This document shows positions 1 to 10,376 of a stretch of 51,367 bases of DNA, piece after piece. Position numbers and translations under genes: made by a program. The notes below the pieces were generated by a model, which had not been told where the DNA came from, did no database searches, and saw only the letters and a program-made list of their open reading frames with translations. Within the stretch, counting starts at the first letter, position 1. Each line of letters begins with the position of its first letter. The stretch lies in NCBI GenBank assembly GCA_048941265.1, contig JBHLNT010000013.1, forward strand, positions 1 through 51,367, given 5' to 3'. The stretch comes from Promethearchaeota archaeon. GTDB taxonomy: Archaea > Asgardarchaeota > Lokiarchaeia > Sigyniarchaeales > SOKP01.

Positions 1-1069
1 CAGATACTATTGATATATTTTTTTTATCATCAGAATTATTTTCCCCTAAATTTATTGATTCAATTGATTTTCTAAGTCTAATATTAAAACTTACATTATA
101 AATCAACTGGAGTCCGGAAACATTAGTACTTATAGGAATGTTGAAATTTTTATAGTCTGGATTAAAATTTAAATTTGTTAAAGATATGTTTCCATTACCA
201 GCTTGAGTCTCATTCATAATATTATGATAATTATTATCTATTAATGCTTGCATCTGAATTTCCTCGGGGAAATAAGTTCTATTCACTTTTTCAAGTAATC
301 TTATCAAAAAGGGATCTCCTGGAGGTTCTATAGCATGAAATCCAAAATAATCTCTTTCACCCCAATATAATGATGGATATTGAGGATTTATCCCATTAAA
401 TGCAAAAAAATATGTCGGTACATTGTCTGGATCCTCTTGAATATAAGAGCGTCCATCTATTGCAAAATAATAAGAATCAGCGAAAAAATTTTTGGGTATA
501 GTAGAAAAATCTTGAAAATACCAGTCTAAACTATTTGAAATGTTCAAAGTTTGGTTATAATATATTGTCGAGTTGTATATATGAGTATCATCATCAAAAC
601 CTAATACCAACACTTTAACAACTTCCTGTGGAGTTAAAATTGTTTTAAAACCATAAAAGTAAATACCATATAGTTTTGTATATTCAGGAAAAAATATTTC
701 TTGACCATAAGAAACTCTGTATTGCCAACTTGAACTTTTATATAACTGTCTAAAAGTGGCTGCTGTTATATTCCCCTCTATGGTTCTTAACTGGCGATAT
801 TGGCTTATATTAGTAAAATTTAGTTTTATTTCAGTAATATTCCAAGTTAAATCCGGCAACTCAATTTGAATAGATGTTGTATTGTTTTTCGTGCCAACTA
901 TTTCGTAATATTCAGTTTGCGCAGCATTTCTCAAATCTTTAAGTGAAGGTCGTTTTTGCTGAGGATTTGAGGAATTATCTACATAAAACTGGGGATTTAA
1001 GTAAGTAAATAATGATATTTGGATTAATAACACTAAGAATATGAACTTACAAACCCCGAGCTTTCTCAT
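1..1069 (-). CDS. Secreted/surface glycoprotein, partial (runs off the left edge; not in the ORF track)
   Basis: Manual translation from ATG at 1069: MRKLGVCKFIFLVLLIQISLFTYLNPQFYVDNSSNPQ... The frame stays open to the window edge (~356 aa). Basic N-terminus plus hydrophobic stretch suggests a signal peptide; many N-x-S/T sequons. Confidence 0.8.
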   Translation of the reverse strand, partial: MRKLGVCKFIFLVLLIQISLFTYLNPQFYVDNSSNPQQKRPSLKDLRNAAQTEYYEIVGTKNNTTSIQIELPDLTWNITEIKLNFTNISQYRQLRTIEGNITAATFRQLYKSSSWQYRVSYGQEIFFPEYTKLYGIYFYGFKTILTPQEVVKVLVLGFDDDTHIYNSTIYYNQTLNISNSLDWYFQDFSTIPKNFFADSYYFAIDGRSYIQEDPDNVPTYFFAFNGINPQYPSLYWGERDYFGFHAIEPPGDPFLIRLLEKVNRTYFPEEIQMQALIDNNYHNIMNETQAGNGNISLTNLNFNPDYKNFNIPISTNVSGLQLIYNVSFNIRLRKSIESINLGENNSDDKKNISIVS

Positions 1070-1205
1070 AAGATCTCTTTAAATTATTGGTTAACAAGAT
1101 AATAAATTACAAATATTTAATTTTATCTTACGGTTGGCTGATATGAAAAGGAGTATATAGAGCGTTTATCGATAAAAGATATTAATGTTATATTTAAAAA
1201 ATTGA

Positions 1206-2051
1206 TTATTTTAATGGATATTTTGGTTTTCTTTTTTCAAAGAAGGCACTTGAAGCTTCATTGACATCTTTGGAAGAAAATGTAATCATAATAGAACTAT
1301 TTTCAAACTGAACAATGTTTTCTAGACTTGGAGAATCTAAAGAAAGATTGATAGCTTCTTTGGTCATTCGTAAACCAAGGGGACTTTTTGTTAATAATTC
1401 TTCTGCCAATTCAAGTCCAGCATTCAATAAATCTGGCTCATCAACAAGTTTTACTGCTAAACCTATATGTTCAGCCTCAACTCCATCAACAATCCTACCA
1501 CTCATTAAGATTTCAGAAGCTCTAGCCCTTCCTATTAATCGGGGAAGAAAATAGCTTCCTCCCATATCTGCACCAGTAAGCCCAATATTGATGGATGCAT
1601 TAATGAATTTGGCATCCTTCGTAACAATCCTTATATCGGACGCCAACGCGAAAGCAAGCCCTCCTCCTGCTGCTGCGCCTTGAATGAGAGCAATAATTGG
1701 TTGTGAGATTTTACGCATCTTAACAATTATCTGGGTAATATGCCATTGGTGATACATTTTTCTTTTTATAGGTTCTTTTACATTTAAAAAATAAAATCTC
1801 TCATATCCTTCAGGAGTTTTTTTAGTGTTTAAAGTTAAGCCTTCTTGAAGATCAGTTCCCGCAGAAAAGGCCCGCCCTTCTCCTCTTAAAATAAGAACCC
1901 TACAATCTAAATTCACCATTAAATGATCTAAAACTTGATGGAAATCTTCTTCTAATTGGAAAGATATTGCGTTCAGTTTTTCGGGTCTATTTAATGTTAA
2001 TATACCTATTCCATCTTCACGTAATTCAAATTTCATGGTTTCTAATTCCAT
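1206..2051 (-). CDS. Enoyl-CoA hydratase/isomerase (crotonase) family protein
   Basis: LTLNRPEKLNA, AFSAGTDL, IIALIQGAAAGGG, LPRLIG and C-terminal FFEKRKPKY motifs. Confidence 0.93.
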   Translation of the reverse strand: MELETMKFELREDGIGILTLNRPEKLNAISFQLEEDFHQVLDHLMVNLDCRVLILRGEGRAFSAGTDLQEGLTLNTKKTPEGYERFYFLNVKEPIKRKMYHQWHITQIIVKMRKISQPIIALIQGAAAGGGLAFALASDIRIVTKDAKFINASINIGLTGADMGGSYFLPRLIGRARASEILMSGRIVDGVEAEHIGLAVKLVDEPDLLNAGLELAEELLTKSPLGLRMTKEAINLSLDSPSLENIVQFENSSIMITFSSKDVNEASSAFFEKRKPKYPLK

Positions 2052-2072
2052 GTCTCATCCCTTCTTTATTAT

Positions 2073-2933
2073 TTATAACTTTGGGTATTTAGGTTTTCTT
2101 TTGTCAAAGAACGCATTTACACCTTCCATAAGATCTGCTGAAGTTGAGCAAAGCATTTGCGATCGATTCTCAATTTGCATCATTGTCTCCAAACTCGGTG
2201 AATCCATAGTTAAATTTATAGCTTCTTTGGTCATACGTAATCCAAGAGGACTCTTAGTTAATAATTCTTCTGCTATTTCCATTGCAGCTTCAAATAACTT
2301 ATTCTCATCACCTTTTACTAGCCTAAAAACTAGGCCAATTTTTTCAGCTTCTTGGGCATCAACAAACCGTCCGGTATATAAAATCTCAGCAGCTCTTGAC
2401 ATGCCAATTAATCGGGGCAGATGATAACTACTAGCTAAGTCGGCGCCAGAAAACCCAATATTAATAAAAGAATTGGCAAATTTTCCATTCTCACCTATTA
2501 TTCTAATATCTGATGCAAGGGCGAATGCAAAACCGGCACCCGTAGCAGGTCCTTGGATAATTGCTATTATAGGTTGGTTTATTTTTCTCATTTTAGGAAT
2601 TAAATGAGATGTTCTCCATTGCCCATACATTTTTGCTTTAATTAAATCTTTATCTGGAGCCCTTATATAAAAAAATTTCTCTTTCAGCTCTGGAGGTTTC
2701 TTTTTGGTTTGAAGAACTGTAGATTCTCGCAAATCCAATCCTGCACAAAAAGCCCTTCCGGCAGCTTTTAGTATGAGAACACGGCAATTTAGATTTACCA
2801 TCAGATAATCAAAAATTTGATGAAGATCTTCTATCATTTGAAAATTCATAGCATTTAATTTATCTGGACGATTAAGAGTTAAAATACCGATACCGTCCTC
2901 CCTCAATTCAAATAAAAGAGTTTCAAATTCCAT
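2073..2933 (-). CDS. Enoyl-CoA hydratase/isomerase (crotonase) family protein
   Basis: LNRPDKLNAM, AFCAGLDL, GPATGAG, LPRLIG; tandem paralog of both neighbours. Confidence 0.93.
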   Translation of the reverse strand: MEFETLLFELREDGIGILTLNRPDKLNAMNFQMIEDLHQIFDYLMVNLNCRVLILKAAGRAFCAGLDLRESTVLQTKKKPPELKEKFFYIRAPDKDLIKAKMYGQWRTSHLIPKMRKINQPIIAIIQGPATGAGFAFALASDIRIIGENGKFANSFINIGFSGADLASSYHLPRLIGMSRAAEILYTGRFVDAQEAEKIGLVFRLVKGDENKLFEAAMEIAEELLTKSPLGLRMTKEAINLTMDSPSLETMMQIENRSQMLCSTSADLMEGVNAFFDKRKPKYPKL

Positions 2934-3028
2934 TTTTTTCCAATTTATACAAGTTATTTGTAAGGATTATATATTATAGTTTTAATTAAAGGTATCAATC
3001 ATTTTAAATGCATTTGTATAAAATATTT

Positions 3029-3880
3029 CTAAAGTTTAGGGTATTTTGGTTTTCTTTTTTCAAAAAAGGCTAACATTCCTTCTAAAACATCACTCGAAGC
3101 ACTAGTTATCATCTGAGCCCGATTTTCTAATTGGATTAAAGTTTCTAAACTGGGTGAATCTTGTGATAAATTAATGGCCTCTTTTGTCATTCTTAAACCA
3201 AGAGGACTTTTTGTTAACAATTCATCTGCAATGTCCATCGCCGCTTCTAATAATTTACTTTGATCCCCCTTCACTACTTTAAAAACAAGACCTATTTTTT
3301 CTGCTTCTTCAGCGTTAATAAATCGGCCGGTGTATAAAATTTCAGTAGCTCTGGATAAGCCTATTAAGCGGGGTAAAAAATAGCTAGTACCTACATCAGA
3401 ACCAGAAAGCCCAAGATTGATAAAAGCATTATTAAATCTTGCCTTTTCTCCTGCTATTCTAATATCAGAAGCTAATGCAAGTGCAAATCCTCCACCCGTA
3501 GCCGGACCGTGGATTATAGCGATTATAGATTGGCTGATTTTTCTCATTTTCACGATGGTGCGGCTTAATCTCGACTGAAAGTATATCCTATTTTTCAATA
3601 CTTCGGGAACGTCCAAATAATAGAATTTTTTGTATTCTTCCGGTTTTCTTTTAGTATTTAATACATTCATTTCCTTCAAATCTAATCCCGCACAAAACGC
3701 CCGTCCTCTGCCTTTTAGGATGACGACCCTACAATTTAAATTTATCATTAAGTTATCAAAAATGTGGTTTAGATCTTCGAACATTTGAAAAGACATCGCA
3801 TTCAAATTTTCTGGTCTGTTGAGAGTAATAATTCCGATTCCATTAGATTTCAATTCAAAATCCAGAGTTTCAAATCTCAT
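3029..3880 (-). CDS. Enoyl-CoA hydratase/isomerase (crotonase) family protein
   Basis: LNRPENLNAM, AFCAGLDL, HGPATGGG, LPRLIG; third tandem paralog. Confidence 0.93.
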   Translation of the reverse strand: MRFETLDFELKSNGIGIITLNRPENLNAMSFQMFEDLNHIFDNLMINLNCRVVILKGRGRAFCAGLDLKEMNVLNTKRKPEEYKKFYYLDVPEVLKNRIYFQSRLSRTIVKMRKISQSIIAIIHGPATGGGFALALASDIRIAGEKARFNNAFINLGLSGSDVGTSYFLPRLIGLSRATEILYTGRFINAEEAEKIGLVFKVVKGDQSKLLEAAMDIADELLTKSPLGLRMTKEAINLSQDSPSLETLIQLENRAQMITSASSDVLEGMLAFFEKRKPKYPKL

Positions 3881-3984
3881 AATTCATAAAATGTCATTTA
3901 AAGGTAATAACTAAGAAAATATAGATTTGAAATAATTTAAGACTATTTAATTGAAATTCATTAAAAATAAGGAAAAAATAAGCT

Positions 3985-5046
3985 TTAATTGATATTATTT
4001 ACCGACACCTCATGGCTATCGAGGCGTTTTGTATCTGGTATTTTTAGTATAAAGTCTTTTCCAAAAGCCAAAGCAGGAGTTAAAGTACCTTTAGGAGATA
4101 ATTTGAAGACTTGTTCAACACTTCTAACACCTGCGACAGCAGTAAATTTATAACCCTCCATTGTCTCAAGCCAAGCTTGAATTTCCTGTCCATTGTTATT
4201 TGATACTTTAGCCCATATATAAGATCTTGCTGTATTTCTTGTAAACTCATCTGGACCGTGTACATTTTTTTCAATCCATTCTCGGACTTTATCTTTCTTT
4301 AATCTTGTAGCTTTCATTAAATCAACTAAGGTTTGTGAATAAGGCATATAAACAATGATATTTGGTATTTTAGTCGTAATATAAGCAGTAATTAAATCTC
4401 CCCAAACTGTAGGGGTGACGGTTCGTATTTTATCAGAGAAGGTGACTTCTCGAGCCCCATTTCCAGGAGTTAATTTTGTGAGTTTTCCATTTTCACGGAT
4501 TAATAATCCTGTAGAAGTATGCTCGAATATTGTTTTAAGCGTTCCAGGACTTATTCCTCCTTCACCAGCAATGGCTAGTTCTAAGTGTGTGGGATTTAAA
4601 ATCTGGTCACTTACATATTTAGCCATACAATCGGTAGGTAAGACATCAAATCCAACTCCAGAAATTATAGATATGCCTTTCTCACGGGCCTCCTCGTCGT
4701 ATTTAAAGTTCTGTTCGAATACAGGGATTTCACCTGTAATATCCAGGTAATTTATTCCTGCTTTTAAACATGCTTGAACCATTGGTTTACTTGTATGGAT
4801 ATAAGGACCTGCAGCATGAAAAACCAAATCAAATTCTGAGATTGTTTTATATAGCTTAATTTTATTTTCTAGATCAAATACTCTATAATCTAAATTCAAT
4901 TCATTCGCTAAAGGAATAAGTTTTTCAGGAGAACGCCCCCCTAATACAGGCCGATGACCACGAGATATAGCTTCTCGAGCAATTAGTTTACCGGTATATC
5001 CATATGCCCCATACAAAATCCATTCCTTTTTCATAATGTCCACCAT
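3985..5046 (-). CDS. Saccharopine dehydrogenase-like NAD(P)-binding oxidoreductase (trans-acting enoyl reductase family)
   Basis: YGAYGYTG Rossmann motif, HAAGPY, YLDITGE, GVGFDVLPTD, TPALAFG. Confidence 0.85.
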   Translation of the reverse strand: MVDIMKKEWILYGAYGYTGKLIAREAISRGHRPVLGGRSPEKLIPLANELNLDYRVFDLENKIKLYKTISEFDLVFHAAGPYIHTSKPMVQACLKAGINYLDITGEIPVFEQNFKYDEEAREKGISIISGVGFDVLPTDCMAKYVSDQILNPTHLELAIAGEGGISPGTLKTIFEHTSTGLLIRENGKLTKLTPGNGAREVTFSDKIRTVTPTVWGDLITAYITTKIPNIIVYMPYSQTLVDLMKATRLKKDKVREWIEKNVHGPDEFTRNTARSYIWAKVSNNNGQEIQAWLETMEGYKFTAVAGVRSVEQVFKLSPKGTLTPALAFGKDFILKIPDTKRLDSHEVSVNNIN

Positions 5047-5338
5047 TCTTTTATAATTAGTAGAGTGTTAATACCCAAATAATTTGGATTTAGTTCAATA
5101 AAATCTTTAATCCTTATTATAAAAACAGTTTATCATGATCTCTTTTATTTTTAAAAATATAATTCTTTCTTTAATGAATTATTAGACTTTCTTTAACAAA
5201 GGATATTAAAATATTGAACTTATAGGACTTTAATTATAAAAATATATAAATAAGGACCTATCTTAATGATTTCTCAAATCTATTACAAAATTTGCTTAAT
5301 CCAAAACATTTCAAATAATTTTGAGTTGATCTTATTAA

Positions 5339-5734
5339 ATGCCAGAAGTAACAAAAGAAATTAAAATTATTCTACTAATCGATGCGATAGCAGCACTGAT
5401 CTTTACATTTCTTTATTTAATAATACCAGAGATATATGCTGGTTTAGTAGATCCACTAGTGTTTGATCCATATTATTGGAGGGCATTTGGAGGGACACTT
5501 TTAGTTCCTGTTATTATGGCTCTGATTGCTTTAAATAGGGCAGAAGTAGAACAGGTAAAATTTATAATTGAATTTGCGATATTGTGGTGCATTGTAATTC
5601 TTGCTTTGAACATATGGGAATTAATAGTACTTCCTCTTTCCCCAACATATACACAAACTACGTGGTTTGATAGCATATTGTTGATAGTATTAATAATTCT
5701 TAACTTCTATTTCTACAATCGAGATTTAAAATAG
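5339..5734 (+). CDS. Hypothetical membrane protein (~4 TM)
   Basis: Four hydrophobic segments; ATG start; sits between AT-rich intergenic regions. Confidence 0.75.
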   Translation: MPEVTKEIKIILLIDAIAALIFTFLYLIIPEIYAGLVDPLVFDPYYWRAFGGTLLVPVIMALIALNRAEVEQVKFIIEFAILWCIVILALNIWELIVLPLSPTYTQTTWFDSILLIVLIILNFYFYNRDLK

Positions 5735-5757
5735 GAAAAAACAATTTAAATCTACAA

Positions 5758-5811
5758 CTAAATTTTTTTTTTTTTAAAAATTTTATAAAAAAGAGAAAGA
5801 AAAGAAAAAAA
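5758..5811. terminator. Bidirectional T-tract terminator region between convergent genes
   Basis: A long T run on + (around 5763-5775) followed by A-rich runs (T tracts on -), between stops at 5734 and 5812. Confidence 0.5.
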
Positions 5812-8523
5812 TTAGCTTTTAGTATATTTCATTGAACGGCCTCTGTAAAAACTTGATAACATTTCGGCAATAATTCTAATGAGCTCGTCTTGTTGGGTTA
5901 TAGTACATACCATTTCATTTGGATTTTCAGTATAAGGACCATAAAATGCCTCTTCTTGGTCTCTATCTGCTCCAATAGCAGAGACAATCATCTCTGTGAT
6001 AGAACGCAAATCAACATTTCCTTTTTCAACAAGTTTATTTGCCATTTCTTTATCAGTAATCTTACATGCAATTGTTATTTTCTGCATCATTTTAGTTTTT
6101 AATATCGCATTTACAGGTAGTAATGACATGTCAGGAACTACGATTAATAAATGAGCTTTTGTTCTATTTACCATCGCTTCGAGATAGGTCATAATTGTAT
6201 GTTGAGATGTGATTTGCCATGTATTTTCGGCATTCATAAGCTCAATTGATTTTACATCACTCCATATGTTTTCAAAAGTGCTTTTTCCGTTATTGGCAAC
6301 TTCAACAGCTTTATTGACAGGTTCCGATACACCTGCAACGGCATTATCGAACGATTTTAACATTTGATTTGTGAGATTATCAATTTTATTAAGAGTTTCG
6401 CTCCCTATTTTATCAGTGGAACCTTGGAATCCATCATTCATACTGTTGATTTGACTTGGAAGGGTCTCTTTTAATCCATTAACAGAGGATATAAAATTCT
6501 CATCCGCACTACCAATTGTTTCTAAATAAGATTGTATTAATGATTCCAGGTTAGCATTTAAACTAGATTTTGAAGAATTTACTGTATTTCCAAGTTTCTC
6601 ATTAAATGAATTGACTGGTCCCTCGATATTTTTTATAAAACTTGAGAAGTGTTCGCTACTTATTTGAGTCCCTTTTGTTATTGATTCTATTATTTTCCCT
6701 TCTATTTCATCTGATTTTGCCGAAATATCTTTAATTGCGGCTTCAGTATTACTATTTATTTTTTCCTCAAACATGTTTGCTAAATCATTAAAACTAGTGC
6801 TAGCCTTAGAAATAATTTCATTTATTATATCCTTGGAACTTGTTATGTTTTTCTCTAAACTCGCTTTAGTCTCATTGAATGCACCCTCAGTACCTATTTC
6901 GATTTGAGATAAATCGGTATCTAATTGATTAGAATAATTATTCGTATTTTTAACGAGTTCATTCTCTAGACTTTCTAACATAGTTATTTGTTGCGATTTC
7001 ACTTCATCATTAAATTGAGCCGATTTTTCTTTTACTTCATTTCCAATCGATTCTATGTTTGATAAAGATGATCCCTTTAAATTCTCAATAACCTCAGTTA
7101 TATCTCCTGAGAACTCCTTAAATTTTGCATCTACTTCACTCTTAATTACATTCAACTGAGCATTAGTGGCGGCTTCATATTCGTTAAATTTTTCTTTAAT
7201 AAATTCAATTACCGATTGAATTTTCCCTGCGAATTGATCTTTAGTCTCATTAAAAAAGGTTTTTCCGAATTCCAAAAATTTATTTAATTGCTCATCCATT
7301 TTATCGTTAAAATTGTCTTTTTGTTCATTTAAACCCGAATCTAAAGAAGTGATTTGTTCGCCGAAACTATTATTTAAATCTGAAGATGTTTGAATTAGAT
7401 AATCATTAAGAGAATTCTTTTGCTGCTCTAAAGTGCTGTTTAAGGCAGACTTTCCTTGTTCTAACACTTGTGATAATCCATTTTGAAGTTCTGAGAGATT
7501 ATTTACTGTTTTTTCATCCAGTTTTGTGAGCGCTTCGCTTAGTTTATTACGACTTGTAGTAATATTGTTGTCAATATTCATTTTGAAAGTATTTTTCTGC
7601 TCAGTTATGTTCTCCTTAAGAAATTTTGAATTTTCCAAATTTTTCGTTTTTAAATTGCTTAAATTTATATCTAGTTTATCTCCCGTTGTTTTTGACAAAT
7701 TATCAAATTCAGTGTAAGTCTCAGTTTTCCAATTATTTATTTTTTCCAAAGATTGTTCTTGTTGTGATTTATTGTCTGCTATGGATTTATCTCTAGCGGA
7801 ATTCAATGTACCCGCGAATTGTTGTTTTGAGAAGCTTATAACACTTTTTACTTCCTCATCCAAACCTCCAAATTTACTAATAATTGTATTTTTTACTTCA
7901 TTAGCCTGGTTTATTGACTCTTCTTTAAAATTGGCAAAATTACCCTTACTCTCGTTCTCAAACTTTTCCAATTCTGCTCCTATATTTGCTTTTGATGAAT
8001 TGATAAGCTCATCAACTTTCTGTTTACTTTTTTCTGAAGCTCCGTTATAGTCTGAATTAGAACTTTCAATAACTTGAGAGATATTATTATTGGCTTGAAA
8101 AACATCATTAGTAATAGCAGCTTTCTCATCTATAATTATAGTTTCAACATTGGTGCGGATTTCAGAAACTTCCTTTTTAGTCTCATCTTTAAGGGTTTGC
8201 AAAGTTGTGTCAATTTGATTTTTTAAATCACCTATTTCTTTAGAAAAATCATTTAAATGATTTATTAAACCCTCGAAAGGGGGAACTCCTGTGTAAACAT
8301 CAACTAATCCCTTAGCTTTCGGGAGTTTTTGCGCAAGACCTCTTTGAACAAAGTTATCTAAAATTCCCTTGATTGTTTCATAATCGGTCTCTTCATCAAG
8401 CTTAGCATAAATACAGACTTCTCCAGCAGTTAATTTACCTTTAATAAGAAGTAACTCATAGCAAAGTGCCTCAGTCTCGCTTAAACCTAATTTGTCTTGG
8501 GCTATTTTTTTGAACTGTAGCAT
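5812..8523 (-). CDS. TrmB-like wHTH protein with a long central hendecad helical/coiled-coil insert and a C-terminal TrmB/PLD-like domain
   Basis: N-term LGLSETEALCYELLLIKGKLTAGEV...LDNFVQRGLAQK...YTGVPP is TrmB HTH-like. C-term NTWQITSQHTIMTYLEAMVNRTKAHLLIVVP resembles the TrmB effector/PLD-like fold. Start placed at MLQFKK (8523); the ORF track starts at 8568. Confidence 0.75.
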   Translation of the reverse strand: MLQFKKIAQDKLGLSETEALCYELLLIKGKLTAGEVCIYAKLDEETDYETIKGILDNFVQRGLAQKLPKAKGLVDVYTGVPPFEGLINHLNDFSKEIGDLKNQIDTTLQTLKDETKKEVSEIRTNVETIIIDEKAAITNDVFQANNNISQVIESSNSDYNGASEKSKQKVDELINSSKANIGAELEKFENESKGNFANFKEESINQANEVKNTIISKFGGLDEEVKSVISFSKQQFAGTLNSARDKSIADNKSQQEQSLEKINNWKTETYTEFDNLSKTTGDKLDINLSNLKTKNLENSKFLKENITEQKNTFKMNIDNNITTSRNKLSEALTKLDEKTVNNLSELQNGLSQVLEQGKSALNSTLEQQKNSLNDYLIQTSSDLNNSFGEQITSLDSGLNEQKDNFNDKMDEQLNKFLEFGKTFFNETKDQFAGKIQSVIEFIKEKFNEYEAATNAQLNVIKSEVDAKFKEFSGDITEVIENLKGSSLSNIESIGNEVKEKSAQFNDEVKSQQITMLESLENELVKNTNNYSNQLDTDLSQIEIGTEGAFNETKASLEKNITSSKDIINEIISKASTSFNDLANMFEEKINSNTEAAIKDISAKSDEIEGKIIESITKGTQISSEHFSSFIKNIEGPVNSFNEKLGNTVNSSKSSLNANLESLIQSYLETIGSADENFISSVNGLKETLPSQINSMNDGFQGSTDKIGSETLNKIDNLTNQMLKSFDNAVAGVSEPVNKAVEVANNGKSTFENIWSDVKSIELMNAENTWQITSQHTIMTYLEAMVNRTKAHLLIVVPDMSLLPVNAILKTKMMQKITIACKITDKEMANKLVEKGNVDLRSITEMIVSAIGADRDQEEAFYGPYTENPNEMVCTITQQDELIRIIAEMLSSFYRGRSMKYTKS

Positions 8524-8829
8524 AAAGATAATGAGATAATTTATACTTTTTAAGCTGATTAAAAACATAAATATAAAAATATGAACGACTCGAAATTTTT
8601 CAAAAAAATCCTCTTAAGCATAATATATTTATCTTTTTAAAATCTTTATATTTAGTTTCTGACAAATCTGCTTAATATCTATGTATATTATCGAGAAACA
8701 AAATAAATTATAGATCATTTTAAAATTCAAAAATAAAATAAATAATTCTTTTTTTTATCTTTCCATAAATTAATAAAAAAAATCTCATTTTACAAACCAT
8801 AAGAATATTGTTCTATCCTTGCTAACCTT

Positions 8830-10251
8830 ATGACTCAGAAATTATTAGAAGATTCTGATTTCAATCTTTTCAAAAAGATATGGCCTTTCTATATGCTAAC
8901 TGGATTCTTCTCTATGTCATTTAGCGGGATATTCATTTTAATTGTTCCCTTATCCTTTTTATTTTGGCCTGGAGAACCTTTTCATGCATTTGAAATGGGA
9001 CTTCTTATCACATCAATGCTATGGGTAACCTCGGTATCGGGGGTAATATTCGGGAAGTTTATTGATAATCATAATATTAAACGTACGTACATTCTTTTCT
9101 TAGTGGCTCTTGCGAGGGGTTTTAGTTTTATTATGTTAAGTTTTGCGAATGAAGGTAGGGGTATGGAAACATGGTGGTACTTTTTTTTCTTTATTATGAT
9201 TTTTGCATTCTTCGCAGGTGGAAACTATACTAGTGTAATTTCACTTTCTAATGATATTATTCCGAAATCACACCGATCAAGATTTTTTGGAATATATTCA
9301 GTATCAAGACATACTTTTCAGTTAGTTGGTTTTGTAATAGCAGGCTATTTAGTCCAAATTGGATTTTGGAGACTTGTTTTTAGTGTGATGGGATTAGCAA
9401 TTATTATTTCTGGAATAATTATGGTTTATAAAATAAAAGAACCTAAAAGGGGTGCCCAACAGAAAGAATTGTTGGGTGTGCTAAAAAAAGATTCCATAAA
9501 ATACGATTTTCAGATCGACAGGGAAATGATGAAGAAAACAATGTTGAGTAAAACTAATTTGGTTGCTCTAATCGAGGGAATTTTTACAAGCGTTTTTTTA
9601 GGGAGTCTTATAATCATTATACTCCCCTATATCCAAACAGAACCGCATAATTTTTCTCCCTTCGCTACTGGAGTATTCCTGGCTTTTTTTGGTCTTACAG
9701 GAGGATTTATCGGTCAAGTGGTCTTAGCAAGGTTTTCTGATAAAGTATCACAAGAAAATCATACCCGGCGATTATATTTTATTATAATAGCCTTATCATA
9801 TGGCGCTTTTGCTTTCGTCATTATGTTTTTTCTACCATTACCCAATTTAACACCAGAACAGGGAAAAGATCTTGCTTTATTGTTCTCATTTCCGATTATA
9901 TGGTTATTTGGTTGTATTTATTTGAGTTCTAGGGCAATATCTTCATTGTATGAGATAAATCAACCACCAATTTTACAAGATATAAACTTACCTGAGGCAC
10001 AAGGACAAATCACATCTTGGAATCGATTATTAGAAACAATAGCTTTTGGCTCCGGTCCTTTAATCGCAGGAATATTGATTTCAATTACGGGTTATGATTA
10101 TCGATTAGTCGCTATTATTATAGGATTAATAGCCATACCAGGAATATTGTTATGGGTTTTGGCGTTAAGATATTTTGAAGAAGATCATCAATATATTAGT
10201 AACATTCTTTCTGAAAGGGCAAAAATTCTAAACTCGCGAAATGTCAGCTAA
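8830..10251 (+). CDS. MFS transporter
   Basis: ~12 TM segments, GKFID..KR and ARFSDK motif-A-like loops, KEPKRG linker. Confidence 0.88.
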   Translation: MTQKLLEDSDFNLFKKIWPFYMLTGFFSMSFSGIFILIVPLSFLFWPGEPFHAFEMGLLITSMLWVTSVSGVIFGKFIDNHNIKRTYILFLVALARGFSFIMLSFANEGRGMETWWYFFFFIMIFAFFAGGNYTSVISLSNDIIPKSHRSRFFGIYSVSRHTFQLVGFVIAGYLVQIGFWRLVFSVMGLAIIISGIIMVYKIKEPKRGAQQKELLGVLKKDSIKYDFQIDREMMKKTMLSKTNLVALIEGIFTSVFLGSLIIIILPYIQTEPHNFSPFATGVFLAFFGLTGGFIGQVVLARFSDKVSQENHTRRLYFIIIALSYGAFAFVIMFFLPLPNLTPEQGKDLALLFSFPIIWLFGCIYLSSRAISSLYEINQPPILQDINLPEAQGQITSWNRLLETIAFGSGPLIAGILISITGYDYRLVAIIIGLIAIPGILLWVLALRYFEEDHQYISNILSERAKILNSRNVS

Positions 10252-10376
10252 TTTTATGTATGAAGACAATTGAAGCAATAAAAGATCCAATAAATAAAAT
10301 AATTGTTCAAGATGCTCTTCAATATTTTCAAATTATTAACTGAAGGTTTAAAACTTAAATTAACTAAGATTTACTT

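Noticed and set aside
5812-8523. SMC/Rad50 or chemoreceptor call for the long helical protein
   Set aside because: No Walker A/B or signature motif, no hinge, no TM segments or MCP hairpin; the termini look TrmB-like.
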